Part shown: one piece after another, positions 1-12,100 of the stretch
How the letters are laid out: every line of letters starts with the position of its first letter
How positions within the stretch are numbered: position 1 is the first letter of the stretch
Assembly (NCBI GenBank): GCA_965655095.1
Contig: OZ296648.1
Location: 143,592,001 to 143,656,000 of the forward strand
Length of the DNA: 64,000 bases
Source: Haplodiscus bocki
Taxonomy: Eukaryota
Reading direction: 5' to 3'
Notes under the pieces: model-generated
The model's input: the letters and a program-made list of their open reading frames with translations, nothing else
Database searches by the model: none
Told to the model about the DNA's origin: nothing
Translations under genes and position numbers: made by a program

Positions 1-529
1 GTCGTTTAATACCCCTTTATTGCTTCACATTGACGCCGTGCATAGAGTCATAAAATATAGAACTTACATGTATTCCGTCCCAACACAATACAAGACTCAT
101 GCAAGCCCATAACATTTTAGACACCTTTTGGAATGGAATATTAGCCACCATTAAGTCACTCACACCATTTACTGGAATTGTGTTTTTTTCACACTGTCAC
201 CCTTATTGAGAAAACATGGGTGCCATGCCATGATCTTGCCGTGATCATAACATGGCGAGGAGGAATCACCCATGATCATTCCATGTCATAGCATGATCGT
301 CATGTTTGACCACGACTGTCAAGCCAGGCATCCATCATTCGGTAGAAAGAACCGGAAAATTTCAGTTGTTCGCGTAAAATCAAAATTGATGCATTAGTTA
401 TATCTTTTTTCATGAATTCTCATGAAATTTACAAAATTTTCTATCAATTTGGAGTTTAAACAGTTTGTGGATAATTACATGTATAAAATCATTGGAATGA
501 CATGATATTAATATTGCATTCGATCTTTT

Positions 530-715
530 GTTAACTCCCCACCTCTGATTTAACTCCACCCTCACCCACGCCATAATGGATATGCGAAATAAAAGCGCCA
601 TAATAAGCGGTTCGCGCGAGTGAATTTTAGCCAATTATTAAAGAGTTTTTTGGAGGGGGTGGGTGGGGGTTAAGGATTATATTCCTGTTACTACTGGTGG
701 GGGGGGGGTTCGCAG
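530..715. repeat. Diverged dispersed repeat, inverted copy of ~4630-4830
   Basis: Blocks GGATATGCGAAATAAAA, GAGTGAATTTTAGCCAAT and GTTACTACTGGTGGGGGG reappear reverse-complemented and in collinear order at 4630-4830. Boundaries approximate. Confidence 0.6.
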
Positions 716-2546
716 AAAAGATCTATTCAATTAACTATGAGTATAGAATTAGGAGCATAGACTTCAAGATTTCACCTCATTTTTCCATTTTTTTCCACGT
801 TCCTTTGATTTATTGGTCAAATATCAATTATCTAGGGTAATCTGGTTCAACTTTACCATAAATAAACCAGCCCAAGGAAAATATAAAACTGATCTCGTTG
901 GAACTGTGATATGAAGCCGGATAACCTACTAAAATTAGAATAACTTGTACCGTTTTATGTGCATTTGTCAAGACAGGCTACCCAGGAAAGGAAATGGGCG
1001 CATTCCAAAATTTCTTTTCATGTTCTCCGTCAACCGTCAATCGAATCAGACAACGACAAAATTAGCAAAATGAAATACGGCGTTCATCAAATTTTTCAAA
1101 GGTGCATTTCAAAGGTATGGAACATGAAGCTCATTTGAAATTTTGAGTCGATATTCTACTTTTATTTAGTGAAACATTGTCTTGCATTTTTCGGGAAAAA
1201 GATAACTTCAATTCAATTAACCGTTCATCCTCTGAATTCAATTTTCAAGTCAACTTTTCCTGCAACCTAATTTTTTGAAGTGCTTTATATGAACGCTGAA
1301 AAAATCCTCTTATAGCTCACTTTTTGTAAATTCAGTGGCGCTGTTGTGATGATAAGTTTGGTTCCACAAGGTAGCGCAATCAGCATGCAGTGCGTACAAT
1401 CAATTGTGGTACCTGCTAAACAGTGACAGCTCATTAATTAATTCAGAGACGTGAATCTCCGTCAAATGAGGTTGCGAGGCATACAAGAGATTTATTAGGG
1501 GGTATAGCGCAACAGACGCTACCCGTCGAGTGAATACTCAGAGACTACTTCCAATTTAGTTTGCTGCATTTTGCTATAAATTGCAAGGCATTTGACGTAG
1601 TAGGCGGACATCAATCATTCTGTAATCATACGTATGTTGAAAAAGCCAGATTTTTTGGGCCTAAACGAGTTGAGAATGAAAACCAGGACAGAGCAGTTTT
1701 ATTAAATTTAAGAGAAAATCACAAAAAAATTACCAACTCAATGTTTGAGAATCTGCACATTTTACAAAGCAAAAATGAACAAGTATCGACATATTTTCTC
1801 ACTTTCAAAAAATTGATAAGCCAAACATCACCTTTTAGAAGGCTGTTGTTTATTTTTTTAAGCCAACGTTTAACAAAAATAGCGCTTTATAGATCACCAA
1901 AAAAAGACAAAGTACATGATAAATATTTTAAAAATGTAGTTTTCGACCGTTTACACGATACCACTAGACTCTGTGATGATGCCTCTACATGCAAATTTTG
2001 TTGTTGCTGTCGTATGGGACAGCTCCCGATATCATAAACGATTGTAATTCCTAGTGATGTTGACCAGTCGATTATTTTTAAGCCACTCATAATTGACCGC
2101 TCTTCCGAGTTTTTGTAGCTACAGTCATGCAGCAAGCCAAGTTACTCGAGTAACAAAGACATTGGATAAAGAATGTATCGACCACACAATCTTTCGATTG
2201 TGAGTAACAATTTCTACATCTAGCCAACTAATCCTCTGCAAGTTTTGAACAAGATTAAACATAAGCGCCCTTGACGGCAAAGAGGCTCGCTTTTCACTCA
2301 AAAGGTGGATTGCTCGATGAAAATGAAGACTCAAAAACCTGTTCAGAGCACCAAACAACGCGGGTTTATTTTACTTGATACATTATAGCTGACATGCTGT
2401 TATTGGAAGCGGAAGAACAGAGAAAAGCTCCTCTCAATTAATGCCTAATTTAGCTGTTTAACAGCTGACGTTAAATCATCAAAAAATTTGAAAAATTGAG
2501 AAAAAGTCAAAATTCATCAATTTGTTTTTTATTAAGGTCGATTTCT

Positions 2547-3055
2547 GGTCGCAAAGGTGATGTGAACCGCAAAAGAATAAATTTTTCGGATTTTTAACTC
2601 GGAGGTAGCTATTTCGCCGACTCTATAACACAAGAAATGACAGTTTGCTTGCCAAATGATTCGTTTCTCAACCGAGGTTTCCTATAAGAGTCCTCTTTAT
2701 GAGTTTTTCTAACAATTTGTTAATGAGCAGAAATAGAAGGTAGGAGAGCAAAGATTACGAAGAAGTGTCAGTTACAAGCCCTTTCTCGCTTACTATGAAC
2801 CAACAAAAAACCAGGATACAGAATCAGTTTCTGAAAATCTATTGTAAGCAACTGATTTTTTTGCTCTCCGTTATTGTAGATAGCAGTAGTCTACATAGTG
2901 GATATGGTCTGCAAAAGTGCAAATTTTCTGGAAATTTCGTGAATTTAGCAATGTTTGGAGTACTTTGTAGCATAAAAAACACCATTTGAACAACTGAAAA
3001 ATGTCAATAAAATCAGGTTTCGAAAACTTCCGGTAAAAGTTGGCAGATTGATGCA
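2547..3055 (+). repeat. 509-bp direct repeat, copy 1 (uninterrupted; empty-site equivalent)
   Basis: Nearly identical to 5733-6241 at offset 3186 (identical 74-aa ORFs at 2765 and 5951). Continues GATGCA-TCTGTATC where copy 2 is cut by the Polinton. Confidence 0.95.
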
Positions 3056-4287
3056 TCTGTATCACCCTAATTAGGAAAAGTAGCTGGAGAGTTGGTATTG
3101 ACTTCAAAAATGCAAACGAATAGATGTTGCAAAATCTGCACAATCTTGACTAATTTTAAACACTAAAAGCGCCTCTCTTCAGCAAAAACTCCATATGTTT
3201 GAGATAAGTCTCGAATTCAACAATTTTCATTGATTTATGCTGATTGAGTAGTTGCAAACAGACCTGGTTTTCTCAAAACAAAAGAAAAATGACGACTGGA
3301 AGCCAAAAACTAGCCATTTTCATACATTAAAAATGGACAAACTAGTGTGCATTAAAGGAAAGGAGTATAATTTCCCAAAAACTGTAGGTTTGTCTTAATT
3401 TGGTAAAATTGTGAGTGTTTTTTGGTACGTAAACTGGCAAAAATTTGGGCCATTTTCAAAAAACTTCGGCAACAATCGTTAAATTACCAAAAACGTTCCA
3501 CTCATTAACTCAAAAGTAGCGTTTTTTGCTGCAAAAAAGTGCACCATTAAAAAAAGATTACCTTCGTACATACTTCAACAAATTCCGCGCAAAAAGTTGT
3601 TTCGTAGGCAAAATTTGGGTCAAAATTGCAAAATTAACAGTTTCTGTCCAGTTTTATAATCTGGCAGTAATAGGGATCTTTTCTCAGCTGATTTACTTTA
3701 GTTTTCAATTAAAACTGGTAAAATTTAAGATCGGAAATTGTAAATGAATTGAATAATTAAATTTGGCAGGAAATTTGCGAGCAAGCAGTAAATGGGAAAC
3801 GAAGTTTTACTTCGCTCAAAAATATGACAAGAAAAAAAAACAAGCCAGGAACGGCCCAAGTCCTTACGGCTCAACATATGTAAGGTACACTTCAGTACTT
3901 GGTTTTGGAAAAAATGCATTGAGATTGTTGGTATTTCGGGCTTCGAGTCGAGGACTTTCGATTTCTTGTACGTAGCATAATACGTTTCCCCGGATTTCAG
4001 TTCTCCTTCGAAGAACGGCAGAAGACCTAGGAGCTCAATGCCAGACAGTGGAATTTCGTTGCTTTCGAGTATCTTAAACAAAAGGCACTGAAAAATTCGG
4101 CTTTTTTACGAAAAAGCGCCGACAAACAGTGACAAAAATGTAAACAATAGAGGCCTTACATGCTTCGCTCGCTCGCCTCTAAAACTGCGCATAGGCTGGT
4201 TTTAATTCACATTTTTCTATTCAGTCAGAATGTGTGAAAGAGCGAATGTTGCAGAAAGTTAATTGTGAAGTGTTTAGGTAGCCTCAT

Positions 4288-4623
4288 TATAAATTTGGTA
4301 AATTCCAAAAACCAAAAGTACAACACCTACTTGTATTCTCAAGTAATGCCGAATGTTCTCAGGTTTTTGAAAATTCTTGAATGTCCCAGCAAAAAAAAAC
4401 CCTAACACTATTTTTTTTGTTTTTTCTCTACAACTTCCACCAAAGAAACCGTGTTCATTCTTTTCATGCATATCACCTCACACGCAGCTCCAATTTTAGA
4501 CGTTGTCGACTTGTTATAACTGAGCGCCTATTCAGAAACGTCAAAAACCTTTGAATATTCGGTACTGCTTGTGTACATCAACAGGTGTAGTACTTGAAGT
4601 TTTTGGAATTTACCGAATTTATA
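4288..4623. mobile_element. Fold-back/MITE-like element with ~83-bp imperfect inverted arms
   Basis: 4288-4370 is an imperfect reverse complement of 4541-4623. The ORF track shows the mirror peptides GVVLLVFGIYQIY (-) and GVVLEVFGIYRIY (+). Confidence 0.7.
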
Positions 4624-4629
4624 TGGGAT

Positions 4630-4830
4630 TTCTCTTGTTAACCCCCCCCCCCCCCACCAGCCTCACCAGTAGTAACCAGAATTTAAACTCTTCCCACACC
4701 CCCCCCCCGCTCCTGAACTCGTCTCTGATTGGATAAACTTCACTCGCCTGTGAGTCAAAACATTACGCCGTTTATTATTTTGCATATCCACTATCAATAT
4801 GGTGTGTGGCGGGGGGGGGGGGGTTAACTA
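4630..4830. repeat. Diverged dispersed repeat, inverted copy of ~530-715
   Basis: CCCCCCACCAG..CAGTAGTAAC, ATTGGATAAACTTCACTCGC and TTTTGCATATCCA match the reverse complement of 530-715. Confidence 0.6.
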
Positions 4831-5732
4831 TTGCTATAAGTTCTTTCCCAATTTCGGGATATCTCCAGGGACTCAATTCATCAGAGTATTTTGTCTTCCG
4901 TAGCGCACATTTACAATTGAATACCGCCAATTTATTCCGCAAAATAACACCGAAGTCAACGTGTAGGCTAAACATTTACCTTATCAAGGCCTTTCAAACA
5001 TTTAGGTACCTTAAATTTACAAAATTGTTGAAGTCAGCCCAACTTTCTCAGACTACACGATTTATAAATCTCTAGCTTTAATTCATGAAGTACCACATTC
5101 ATAACAAAGACTAAACGTTTATTTGACCAGATTTCTTATTTCTGCAGTGATAGTGCAGAAATTCTGAGTGAACATTGCATGGAAAGATTGATTTCATAGC
5201 TAAATTGTACAAGCCAAACCTTAGGTGAGCTAAGAATGTTTGTTTAGAATAGACAGCAATCAATCTTCAATTTTATGGGGTCGGTCTTATAGCAACATAT
5301 GCACGCGAGCGCATTACACCATGCTGACCGGTGTTGAGTGTCCCGTGTGAGATCAAGTTCACGTTCACGTTTCCACTAACCGAACGATATTTTAGACGAA
5401 CGGAAATCCTTGAGTTTGATTGGTTCAACGAAGGCTGCTTAGAAATTTCAATTAAGTAACCATGAAAAAGAGCTTTACCGATTCGCTTCCATCATTGTAA
5501 ATTTGCTCAAAAGAGCGTTCGGCTAAATTGTTATTCGGCTTGTTGAAGGTCCACTCAAGTTCACCCGGTGAGGTATTGTCGGACAAGGTTCTGGAGACTA
5601 CAGATTCTCTGTCTAGTGGGGGTCCCGTCTGTGGGCTATGGGTACGAGATCCCCACGCTGGGGTAGTTTTCGCCCATTGATCTTGGATCAGTTGGTTAAG
5701 TAAATGAGTGAGGGTTGAGATCTGTTCAGTTA

Positions 5733-6241
5733 GGTCGCAAAGGTGATGTTAACCGCAAAAGAATAAATTTTTCGGATTTTTAACTCGGAGGTAGCTATTT
5801 CGCCGACTCTATAACACAAGAAATGACAGTTTGCTTGCCAAATGATTCGTTTCTCAACCGAGGTTTCCTATAAGAGTCCTCTTTATGAGTTTTTCTAACA
5901 ATTTGTTAATGAGCAGAAATAGAAGGTAGGAGAGCAAAGATTACGAAGAAGTGTCAGTTACAAGCCCTTTCTCGCTTACTATGAACCAACAAAAAACCAG
6001 GATACAGAATCAGTTTCTGAAAATCTATTGTAAGCAACTGATTTTTTTGCTCTCCGTTATTGTAGATAGCAGTAGTCTACATAGTGGATATGGTCTGCAA
6101 AAGTGCAAATTTTCTGGAAATTTCGTGAATTTAGCAATGTTTGGAGTACTTTGTAGCATAAAAAACACCATTTGAACAACTGAAAAATGTCAATAAAATC
6201 AGGTTTCGAAAACTTCCGGTAAAAGTTGGCAGATTGATGCA
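5733..6241 (+). repeat. 509-bp direct repeat, copy 2 (truncated by Polinton insertion)
   Basis: Matches 2547-3055; identity stops exactly at the AGTAGT Polinton terminus at 6242. Confidence 0.95.
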
Positions 6242-6720
6242 AGTAGTAAGAGTGTGAGCTGAGCTGCGCAGGGGGGTGGAAGACCCTCATGTATTAAGAT
6301 AGGCTATAGCGAGCCGACTCGAGCCGAGAGCCGAGAAGGGTCTTCCACCCTAGCCGAGAGCTCTCGGGTGACTTAATGACGACTCGGGTTACGTAATACT
6401 CGATTCTGATTGGCTGACGACTCGGGTGACGTAATGCTCGATTCTGATTGGCTGCCGAGACGAGTCGGCAATGTATTAAGATATGGAGCCGAGAGCCGAG
6501 ACGAGTCGGGAAAGATATGGAGCCGAGAGCCGACTCAATGTATTAAGATAGGCGATGCATGTATTAAGATATGGAATAGGGTCTTTTTCGGCACTGTGCG
6601 ACGATTTTCGGCAGTTTTTCGAAAAAATTTTTTGGGTGCCCACCGCCCGCGCGGATAAATATTACGGCGCGGATAATTAATACGCCTGCGGATATTTTAT
6701 TACGCGTGCGGATAGTGTTT
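6242..6720. repeat. Putative Polinton terminal inverted repeat with internal subrepeats
   Basis: Contains a 38-bp tandem unit x2 (6377-6452), ATGTATTAAGAT x4 (6289, 6471, 6538, 6559), GAGCCGA runs, GCGGATA x4 (~6650-6715) and a hairpin GGTGGAAGACCCT/AGGGTCTTCCACC (~6275-6349). The partner TIR is not in the window. Confidence 0.7.
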
Positions 6721-6814
6721 TGACTTAATGCTATGTAAAAAGATTGTGTAATAGTTTGAAAAAGTTAATTACAATGTATAAAAATGGACAAACAATTAAT
6801 ACTATTATCAAAAC

Positions 6815-8986
6815 TTACAAATTTAAGGGTTTTGTGTGTATTCCATCTTCTTCTACTATTCTTTTTGGATAAAAGTAAGACAATCCTTTCTTTGTTTGTT
6901 CATACGTAGCAACACTATGCTGAATCGTTCTAAATCCTCTATTGGTTGAAGTAACGTTGACTGCTTCTTCTAAGACTTTGCGATACTTTGCCATTGGACC
7001 ACCATCGCCACACTCTTCCAATGTTCTTTTATTGAGTCCTTTGCTGCTAAACTTGTGCTTGTTAGTCTGTTTATCATAACAACAATATATTTTGCTACAG
7101 AGACACAACATTTCTGCACATCTAAATTCATCTTTGAAAAGACCTGGCTCTCTTTTATCATGTTTCTTGTGGACATTACAGCAAGTCCTGGGGAAAAAAT
7201 TATCGGTAGCATTCGCAGTAAAATTATCATTGCAATCTTTAGAACGTAACTGATCCCATTCAGCTCGTTTTTCGGGAAGAATAACATCTTCTAAATTTTC
7301 TTCGGACAAAGCCAAGTAAAGGGAGTCGGTATCCATTTCAAGTTCTTCATACTTGTCAGTGTCACAGAATTTTTTGAAGAAATTGTAGTAAAGTTCCAAC
7401 ATTCTCAGTTTTGCATATTGTAAGATAAAGAAACCCACAATGATTGGTTCTCTGTGCTCAATTTCTGACTTGACAAGTTCCACTTCATACAGTTGATCAG
7501 TTATGTGATTAAGTCGCTTGAACAATTTACTATTAATTGCACTGTGGGTTTTTTCATCGCTCAGATACTTTGTCACTGTGTGTCGACTGCGATCCATGAT
7601 TTGATAGCACAAGAGCTGTTAGCTAATAGTTTCATAGTTTCGGCAACAACACTCGAATTTGGATTTTCATCTCCTTGTCGTCGTGCATCCACGGCAGACT
7701 GAACAAAACTGCCAAAACATTTTCTCGGAGTGTATTGAACAAATCGGTGAATCTTTTTACAAACTAACCCAAGTTGCAAATAAAACAAAAGCAAAGGAGT
7801 TATAATGGTGCCATTTGTTAGAATAAAGCTTGATATGAGCATTCTTCTAGGCTGAACCATAGTATTTTCCTTTTCTGCGTACTGTTTCATCAGATTGCCA
7901 ATATCATCCCTACTCACAGCAGTATTTTTGAATATGGGAGGAAAGTTGGAAAAGTAGTCGCGCAAGTGTTCAGGCACTTCAATATCACATTGAACATAAC
8001 CAAAGAGTTGCCCATCAATAATTCCGTGCAAAAGTCCTTCTTCACTCAATGGACGTCTGTAGGGAAAGTTTTTTCGGAGGTGACTTTTGACTGATGCATC
8101 AGTTTTATAGAGACTCCACCACTCACACTCCCACATTTCAACAATTTGGTAACCCTTTTGTTGTATGTAATCCCTACGCATCTCATCTTGCTGTCGCTTC
8201 TTCACTCGCCTCTCAATATCCGTATCTGTTAGAGAGGGACGTGCTTCTTGACAGGGACAGTAGTGATAGTAACATCCCATTGCTTCAAACACAGTGTTGC
8301 AATGATAACAAATTCCATCTACACTGAAGCAATCAATCTTCTTTTGTCTACCAGTAGTAACATTACTCTCAATTTTGCAATCTGGGCGACTTTGTTGAAA
8401 GTATGACAGAACCATATTCTCAAAGGAGCGAGATTTGTTTTGGCGAGCTGTGAATCTATTAGTCTCAGAATCGTACTCCCATCGCGTATACAATCCAGTT
8501 GGCATTGGTTGACATATTGAGTAGGGATAAAGCTGACTAGCATCGATACCAACGATTGATTTACACAAGTTTGATGATTTGCGTATAAAAGTTTCATCTA
8601 CTACAGCTTTACGTGTAAAGACAATAGAAGGACCGCCAACCATATCTTCTCGTATCTTCTCAAGCAAATCTTTATCCGACTCTGTAAAAGGATAAAATTT
8701 TGAGTCTGTCGATTTATGCAAACAAATATTGGCCAAATTGGGTAGTGTACATCCAAGTTTTAGCATATCAATTCCCTTGTTGTGGTAAAATTCAATCATT
8801 TTCTGCATTGCCTCTAGTGTCGGAACAACATCTTTATTGTATAACTACCACTTGAGGAAATCTGAGAAATTCTGCATGTTATTACTTTCCCAGACGCTTT
8901 GCAAATACGAATAGTTTTCTGCACCAGTCGGAGGTATTCGATCCATTCGTAATTTGGCTACTGCCTGCTCTGTTGTTAAACCACTG
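6815..8986 (-). pseudogene. Protein-primed family B DNA polymerase (pPolB), C-terminal ~720 codons, disrupted
   Basis: Motifs IREDMVGG, GIDASQLYP (motif A), KLLANSS[YG]YQIM (motif B, split by a frameshift at ~7608), EMDTDSLY (motif C), EPGLFKDE, CSKIY and SSKGLNK. In-frame stop at 8845-8847. ORFs 7573-8808 and 6815-7612. Confidence 0.93.
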
Positions 8987-9186
8987 NNNNNNNNNNNNNN
9001 NNNNNNNNNNNNNNNNNNNNNNNNNNNNNNNNNNNNNNNNNNNNNNNNNNNNNNNNNNNNNNNNNNNNNNNNNNNNNNNNNNNNNNNNNNNNNNNNNNNN
9101 NNNNNNNNNNNNNNNNNNNNNNNNNNNNNNNNNNNNNNNNNNNNNNNNNNNNNNNNNNNNNNNNNNNNNNNNNNNNNNNNNNNNNN
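8987..9186. other. Assembly gap (200 N)
   Basis: Run of exactly 200 N; pPolB does not recognisably resume after it. Confidence 1.
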
Positions 9187-12100
9187 ACAAATTTTTAGGA
9201 GTAATATGAACCGCCTTGCGAAGGGTTCTGCTACTGCAAGATCAATCAGTTGCGAAGCCATGCTGAGAAGCTTTCTTCCCCGATTGCCGATACGACAGCT
9301 AAACCTTTAAAGCGTCATTGGGTTTCAATTTTTAAGAATGCGTTGGTTGTTGAGATGATTGGAAATATGGAAATATTGAATTACGTTGTAGGGATGGGCC
9401 TAACTGCTCGCAAAATCTATACGTCTCCGGTGAACCAAAATTTGTACTTCCTTGGCATGATTGAAAATTTTTCTGGGAAATGAAGGATGCCACAGTGAAG
9501 AAGAAGTATGGAAAGGGCTTTGCACTTGTTTGAAAATCTCATTGTTCGAATGTTCACTATTCCTGACACACTTAAACAAAATAAATTTTGCACAAGAAGA
9601 GGATTTGTGAGTACCAAATTTGGGGCGATGTACTACTTCAATTATTGTTGCTTCAATATTTTAGTCTTCCCGACGATCTTTGAAAACTGACCGCCTTCCT
9701 CTCTTCTGTTTACCCATATGAACAATTTCTTGATGTCTGAGTGAAAAACTTTGTGTGTTTCACGGAATGTACACTCTACATTAACCGTATTGACGAAGAA
9801 ACAGGTCCAGACAACAATTAGTCATTCCAACAAACAATTTGCTGTGCAGCTGCATTCGTTATTGGACAAAATGTCAGCCTGGTTTGTTGGGTTTTTTGAT
9901 TCCATAACCTACAAGATATCAAAATGTACCTTGATCTTTACTCGAGCTGACATTCCTGGTTTAATTTGCTGTCAAGTCTTTTGCAAGCCCATCATCACAC
10001 CAATTTATCAACTCAGTGGCATTGGCACCTTGAATTGGTGCACTAGATGTTTTTTTGCTAATCACCTGCTAAAATTGAAAATGGAATTGTCTTTGCAATA
10101 TTCCCGCGATTGGAAGATGAGCCTTTCCCTGGGAAAGCTTTTTGCGAAAGCATGATAAACCTTATGAATTTCTCTGGTCTCTATTCCTTGTGCCATGTTG
10201 ATAACAATCAATTCAATTATCCACCCTTGGGCGACTTCGCCCTATTCATTTTACTGTCGGAGAAAAGTGGAACGACTAGAACGTTGTGAGGTTCGTTATA
10301 AATTTGCGTAAAAACTGTTCAGTCATGATCCAGCAAAAGTGGTATTTCACTACAATTGGAGTGTCTGCCGGGTCTCAACTCAACTAAAGACCTGTTTTCA
10401 AGAAATAACAGTCTGAGTCTGATTTGTTCAAAGTTGAGGTATTTTCGGACTTCGAAATATGGCCTTTTTATTTCACTGCCTGGCGTCCAACACTATCTTC
10501 AACTGAGGTAGCGTTTTACCGCGGAGACGAGTTTCATGGAGTTAATTATTTTTTCTCGCTGCTAGTGCTTCCTCGTTTCCGGAGGGCATATGCTGTATAA
10601 AAAAACCATCATAATGCCTAACTATTATCAACAATTGCGTGAGAATAGTCCTTTCGAAGTCATCTTCTGCCGAAGTAACTCGCATGTAGCCTCAAAGCAT
10701 GATTTTCTGAAGAACTACTTGGCGCTCTTTGGTAGTTTTGTAGCTCCGTTTTTGAGAAGACGACTCTTGAAATTAGAAGATCTGCCGTTTCTGAGTGATG
10801 AAGGTGTACATACCCATTTGCTAGTTCCTAGGTGGAGATTGTGGCACGTCACAACTTATTTTCTAAAGTGGCTACGTTTTTGATGGGTCAGTTTTTGCCA
10901 ACAAGTTTTTGTCTGCGTTGATGCTGTTTCACTTGAAAATTCGATTAATTTTTGGTTGAGGTAAATTCTTCTGTATTTTAACGAAAAATCTCTGGTACCC
11001 TCACTGACGACAACCACTGTCTTGTGTCGAAGGCTCATTTCATCTTTCATACGCTTAGGCTGTTAACCTGAGCCAATCCATGAAGGTGTTCAATGTTGGA
11101 GAATCGATTTCTTCTTGACGTTTCGGACAGGTCGACCGAAAGTTGGCGTAGTTTAAAGATTCCTCTATGGAAGAAATCTCCAATGCCTTTGAAAACTTCT
11201 ATAGCATCTTTTGCACCTTAAGTTGTCAACCTTTGTAGAAGAGCTTTCATTTGGTTGTTCGTCAAATGAGTATTTCCATTCATGAAAAGGAATTGGCTGC
11301 TCGGTCACATTGTTTCAGCGGGTTGCCATTAAATGATAGAGTGTTATTTTCGGGAGGAATTGTAGAAACGGCTTCAAGAGATTTGACTTGCACCGTGTAG
11401 AGGAATAGTTGTGTGTTTCTGATTGTTGAGCGTGATGTGTTATCATGAACTTCGTATTTCTTAGTCACTTTCCCAATAGGAGAAAAAGTTTGTAACTAGA
11501 ATGCTTGAACTTCGGACATCTCAGTTGAAAGACGTTAGGTTGAAGTCTCTGTTCTTTTTTGGTTTGTCACCGCAATTTGTGGTGGGCAGTGTTCTGAGTC
11601 CTCAGAATGATTAATGTCGTTGCCAACTTTAATGTCTCTGGCTTCTGCTACACTACTATGTATCATATCATCTTCAGAAAGGATTCTATCCTTCTAACTC
11701 AAAATTAACCTTTCCCTTTTTTTCATGGACTATGCAAAAAATGTAAAAGATCTTCTGTCGTCTCGATTTGTTCTGGGAATGCTTCGAGGACAACAATAGC
11801 GACGAAAATTTGAAATGCTAGTTGACATTCGATCTTCGACAGACTTTGCATCTGTCTGACGACTGCCATGTCTTTATCAGAACCTTATCTGGCGGTGCCT
11901 GCATTGGTTGCATCCCCAGCTTCATTATGTTAATTTTGGACTTGCTGATGGAATGACTTCCACCTGTTTTTTGGAACTTTTCTGCAAAACTAATTTGAAA
12001 ATATTTTCATCTGATTTGAAAAAGTTGGGAGAAAAGGAAATGTTCTATGAAGTTGCTGATTTGTATTGACTGCGATTGGTTACATTATTAACGATTTTTA

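Larger units (their letters stand above)
6242..8986 (-). mobile_element. Polinton/Maverick, one terminus plus 3' part of pPolB (runs into the assembly gap)
   Basis: Starts with AGTAGT, the typical Polinton terminus, at a sharp break in a repeat. A GC-rich, repeat-rich TIR-like region follows, then a protein-primed PolB transcribed toward the terminus. Confidence 0.9.

Noticed and set aside
1561-2037. 158-aa plus-strand ORF
   Set aside because: TTG start, AT-rich, no recognisable motif or splice support.
5330-5728. Segment starting TGTTG and ending TTCA, a possible solo LTR
   Set aside because: Flanks (ACCGG / GTTAG) are not a TSD and there is no second copy in the window.
6377-6452. 38-bp direct repeats of CRISPR-like length
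   Set aside because: Head-to-tail with no unique spacers, no cas genes and a eukaryotic context; part of the Polinton terminus.
8845-9310. ORFs spanning the poly-X region
   Set aside because: Artefacts of translating through the 200-N gap.
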